A stretch of 64,000 nucleotides of DNA from Epiperipatus broadwayi. Its lineage: Eukaryota; Animalia; Onychophora. Each line of letters starts with the position of its first letter. The stretch's first letter is position 1. The notes beneath the pieces were generated by a model. The model ran no database searches, had not been told where the DNA came from, and worked only from the letters and a program-made list of their open reading frames with translations. A program made the position numbers and the translations under genes. The stretch covers positions 1,240,001-1,304,000 of the forward strand of contig JAQFVV010000003.1 of the NCBI GenBank assembly GCA_028023455.1, written 5' to 3'. Shown here in pieces: positions 62,235 through 64,000 of the stretch.

Positions 62235-64000
62235 GGTATATATAGTGAATGATTAAATAGACCATTTAACATATATAATAAAAGATCCAATCTTTAAAAT
62301 AAATAAAATAATCATGTGATGTTTTATCACAAGAAATTACTGTTCAAGTTTCAAACCATGAGCTTTTAGCTATTATATTTATCATTTTTCCATAATGCTT
62401 TCAATCCAGATGTATGTATCAAAAAAGCTTAGTAACATTCCTATACAATATAGATTTCATTTAAACTAGAACATCTTCAAATATCTTTGGAACAGAAACT
62501 CATTGAATATATTCAAATTAATTATGCATTATTGTAAGTAGACAATATAATATTTAAAGATACACCTTGAAATTAACTGCATTTAAAATAATTGTAGGAA
62601 AATAGTTCATTTAAAAACTTTACGACATATATTTCAAATTATTAACATATATATATATATAATTTTTATAACTTAAAAAACATAATAAATTTTAAAAATA
62701 TGCATTTGAATATTATTCACATTCTTGTTAGAGTAATACATTATCACTCCGAATATATTGTACCACTATATATATGATAGGCTTTAGGCTTATCTGAAAA
62801 TATTTTTATTTAGTTAAATGTATTATATCATGTTGTTGACTAGTAATCTTTTCAGAAGATAACATATTAAATAAAATTATATTTTATTAATGTTGAATGA
62901 TATGAATCACCAAAATACTTATTTGATATATATAATAAATTTTGCATATATATGTTGATGTGCTTCATGAAATATGTAATTTTTCTGTCTATGATGTTTC
63001 TGGTTTTTCTATTGATCTTAATGCATTTCCAGTGCTGTACACCATAATCATAGCTAGCTCCTTTTTTAACCCTGTATACTATTGTATAGTCACTGTTATT
63101 AACAGTAAATATTTATTATATATTCTAGTGATTCAGTTAATCGATGCTGTTTCATCTTTTTACTTGTTACATTGATATTAAAATTAAAGGATCTTTCCAT
63201 GTAAATTAGCTTCAAATGTGTTTTAGCAGTGATGTTGCTAATTAAACATATGATAAAGAAGCTATTTGTGAACAGAAGAGTAAATTTTAGCCTTAAGAAC
63301 CGTCAGTAGCAATTGATAGTTTCTTCATCAACATCACCACTAAAACATTTGAAGCTAATTTATATGGAAATAACTTAATGCTTTGATTTGTTTACATCAT
63401 AAATCTATGAAATTTTCAAATTTCACATAACTTTAGGGAAGATGAAATATTATTTATAAGATGTTTAAAGATGTTATGACTTATTGAATTCTGGTGCAGG
63501 TAAAAGTAACTTTCTAGATTTAAAACTATAAAACAATTTGAGTTAGAGATAAAAGAGATGTTGATCTTTTTTTATTTCTAAATAAACCTATGATTAAAAA
63601 GTTATTTGATAACAGTAGAGTAAAAAAGTTGCTTAGCCTCAGGAACTGTCAATGGTGATTGATAATTTCTTAGCAACATCACTGCAAAAATACATTAGAG
63701 AGCTATTTACTTGAAAATGACTCCACACTTTGATTTATTTATATATATTTTAATGGCCATTGCATTTTTTTTAAAAAAATGCTAAATTGATAGTAAATAT
63801 ATAATAAAAATAATAATATGATATTCGGGAATTAAACTAGACTAGGGAAACTATGAATATCTAATGGCAACCACGTACATGATGGAGTCATTGTACAGTT
63901 TTTATTTTTAATTGACTAATTTACAGTAGTCATAGATAACAACCAGACTGGGCACACACAAAGGCAAGCCTTTATGCAGATCCAGCGACATTTCCTAACT

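Noticed and set aside
30459-63175. Numerous 60-110 aa ORFs rich in F/I/L/K/Y (e.g. 30459, 36090, 44767, 50222, 51115, 54489, 57127, 62942)
   Set aside because: Composition is as expected from AT-rich non-coding DNA; no recognisable motifs or splice context.

Overview
AT-rich eukaryotic (probably invertebrate metazoan) intronic DNA. The only host coding sequence I can support is two small + strand exons (18686-18751, 44381-44432) of a PKA type II regulatory subunit gene, separated by a 25.6 kb intron. The rest is transposon debris. It includes two divergent, full-length but disrupted Tx1/L1-like LINEs lying in tandem inside (AAT)n microsatellites and sharing a 3' terminal CTTTGAAAC. A TRIM-like non-autonomous LTR element is nested in the second LINE. 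There are also several Penelope-like (PLE) remnants with inverted and tandem pLTRs, Buster-type hAT elements, RTE relics and a young tRNA-derived SINE. At RNA level there is a set of hammerhead-like motifs: canonical minimal ones, an inverted retrozyme-like dimer with Pol III boxes, and five copies of a variant in which the conserved C3-G8 pair appears swapped to A3-U8. Alignments, translations and folds were done by eye; no database was searched.
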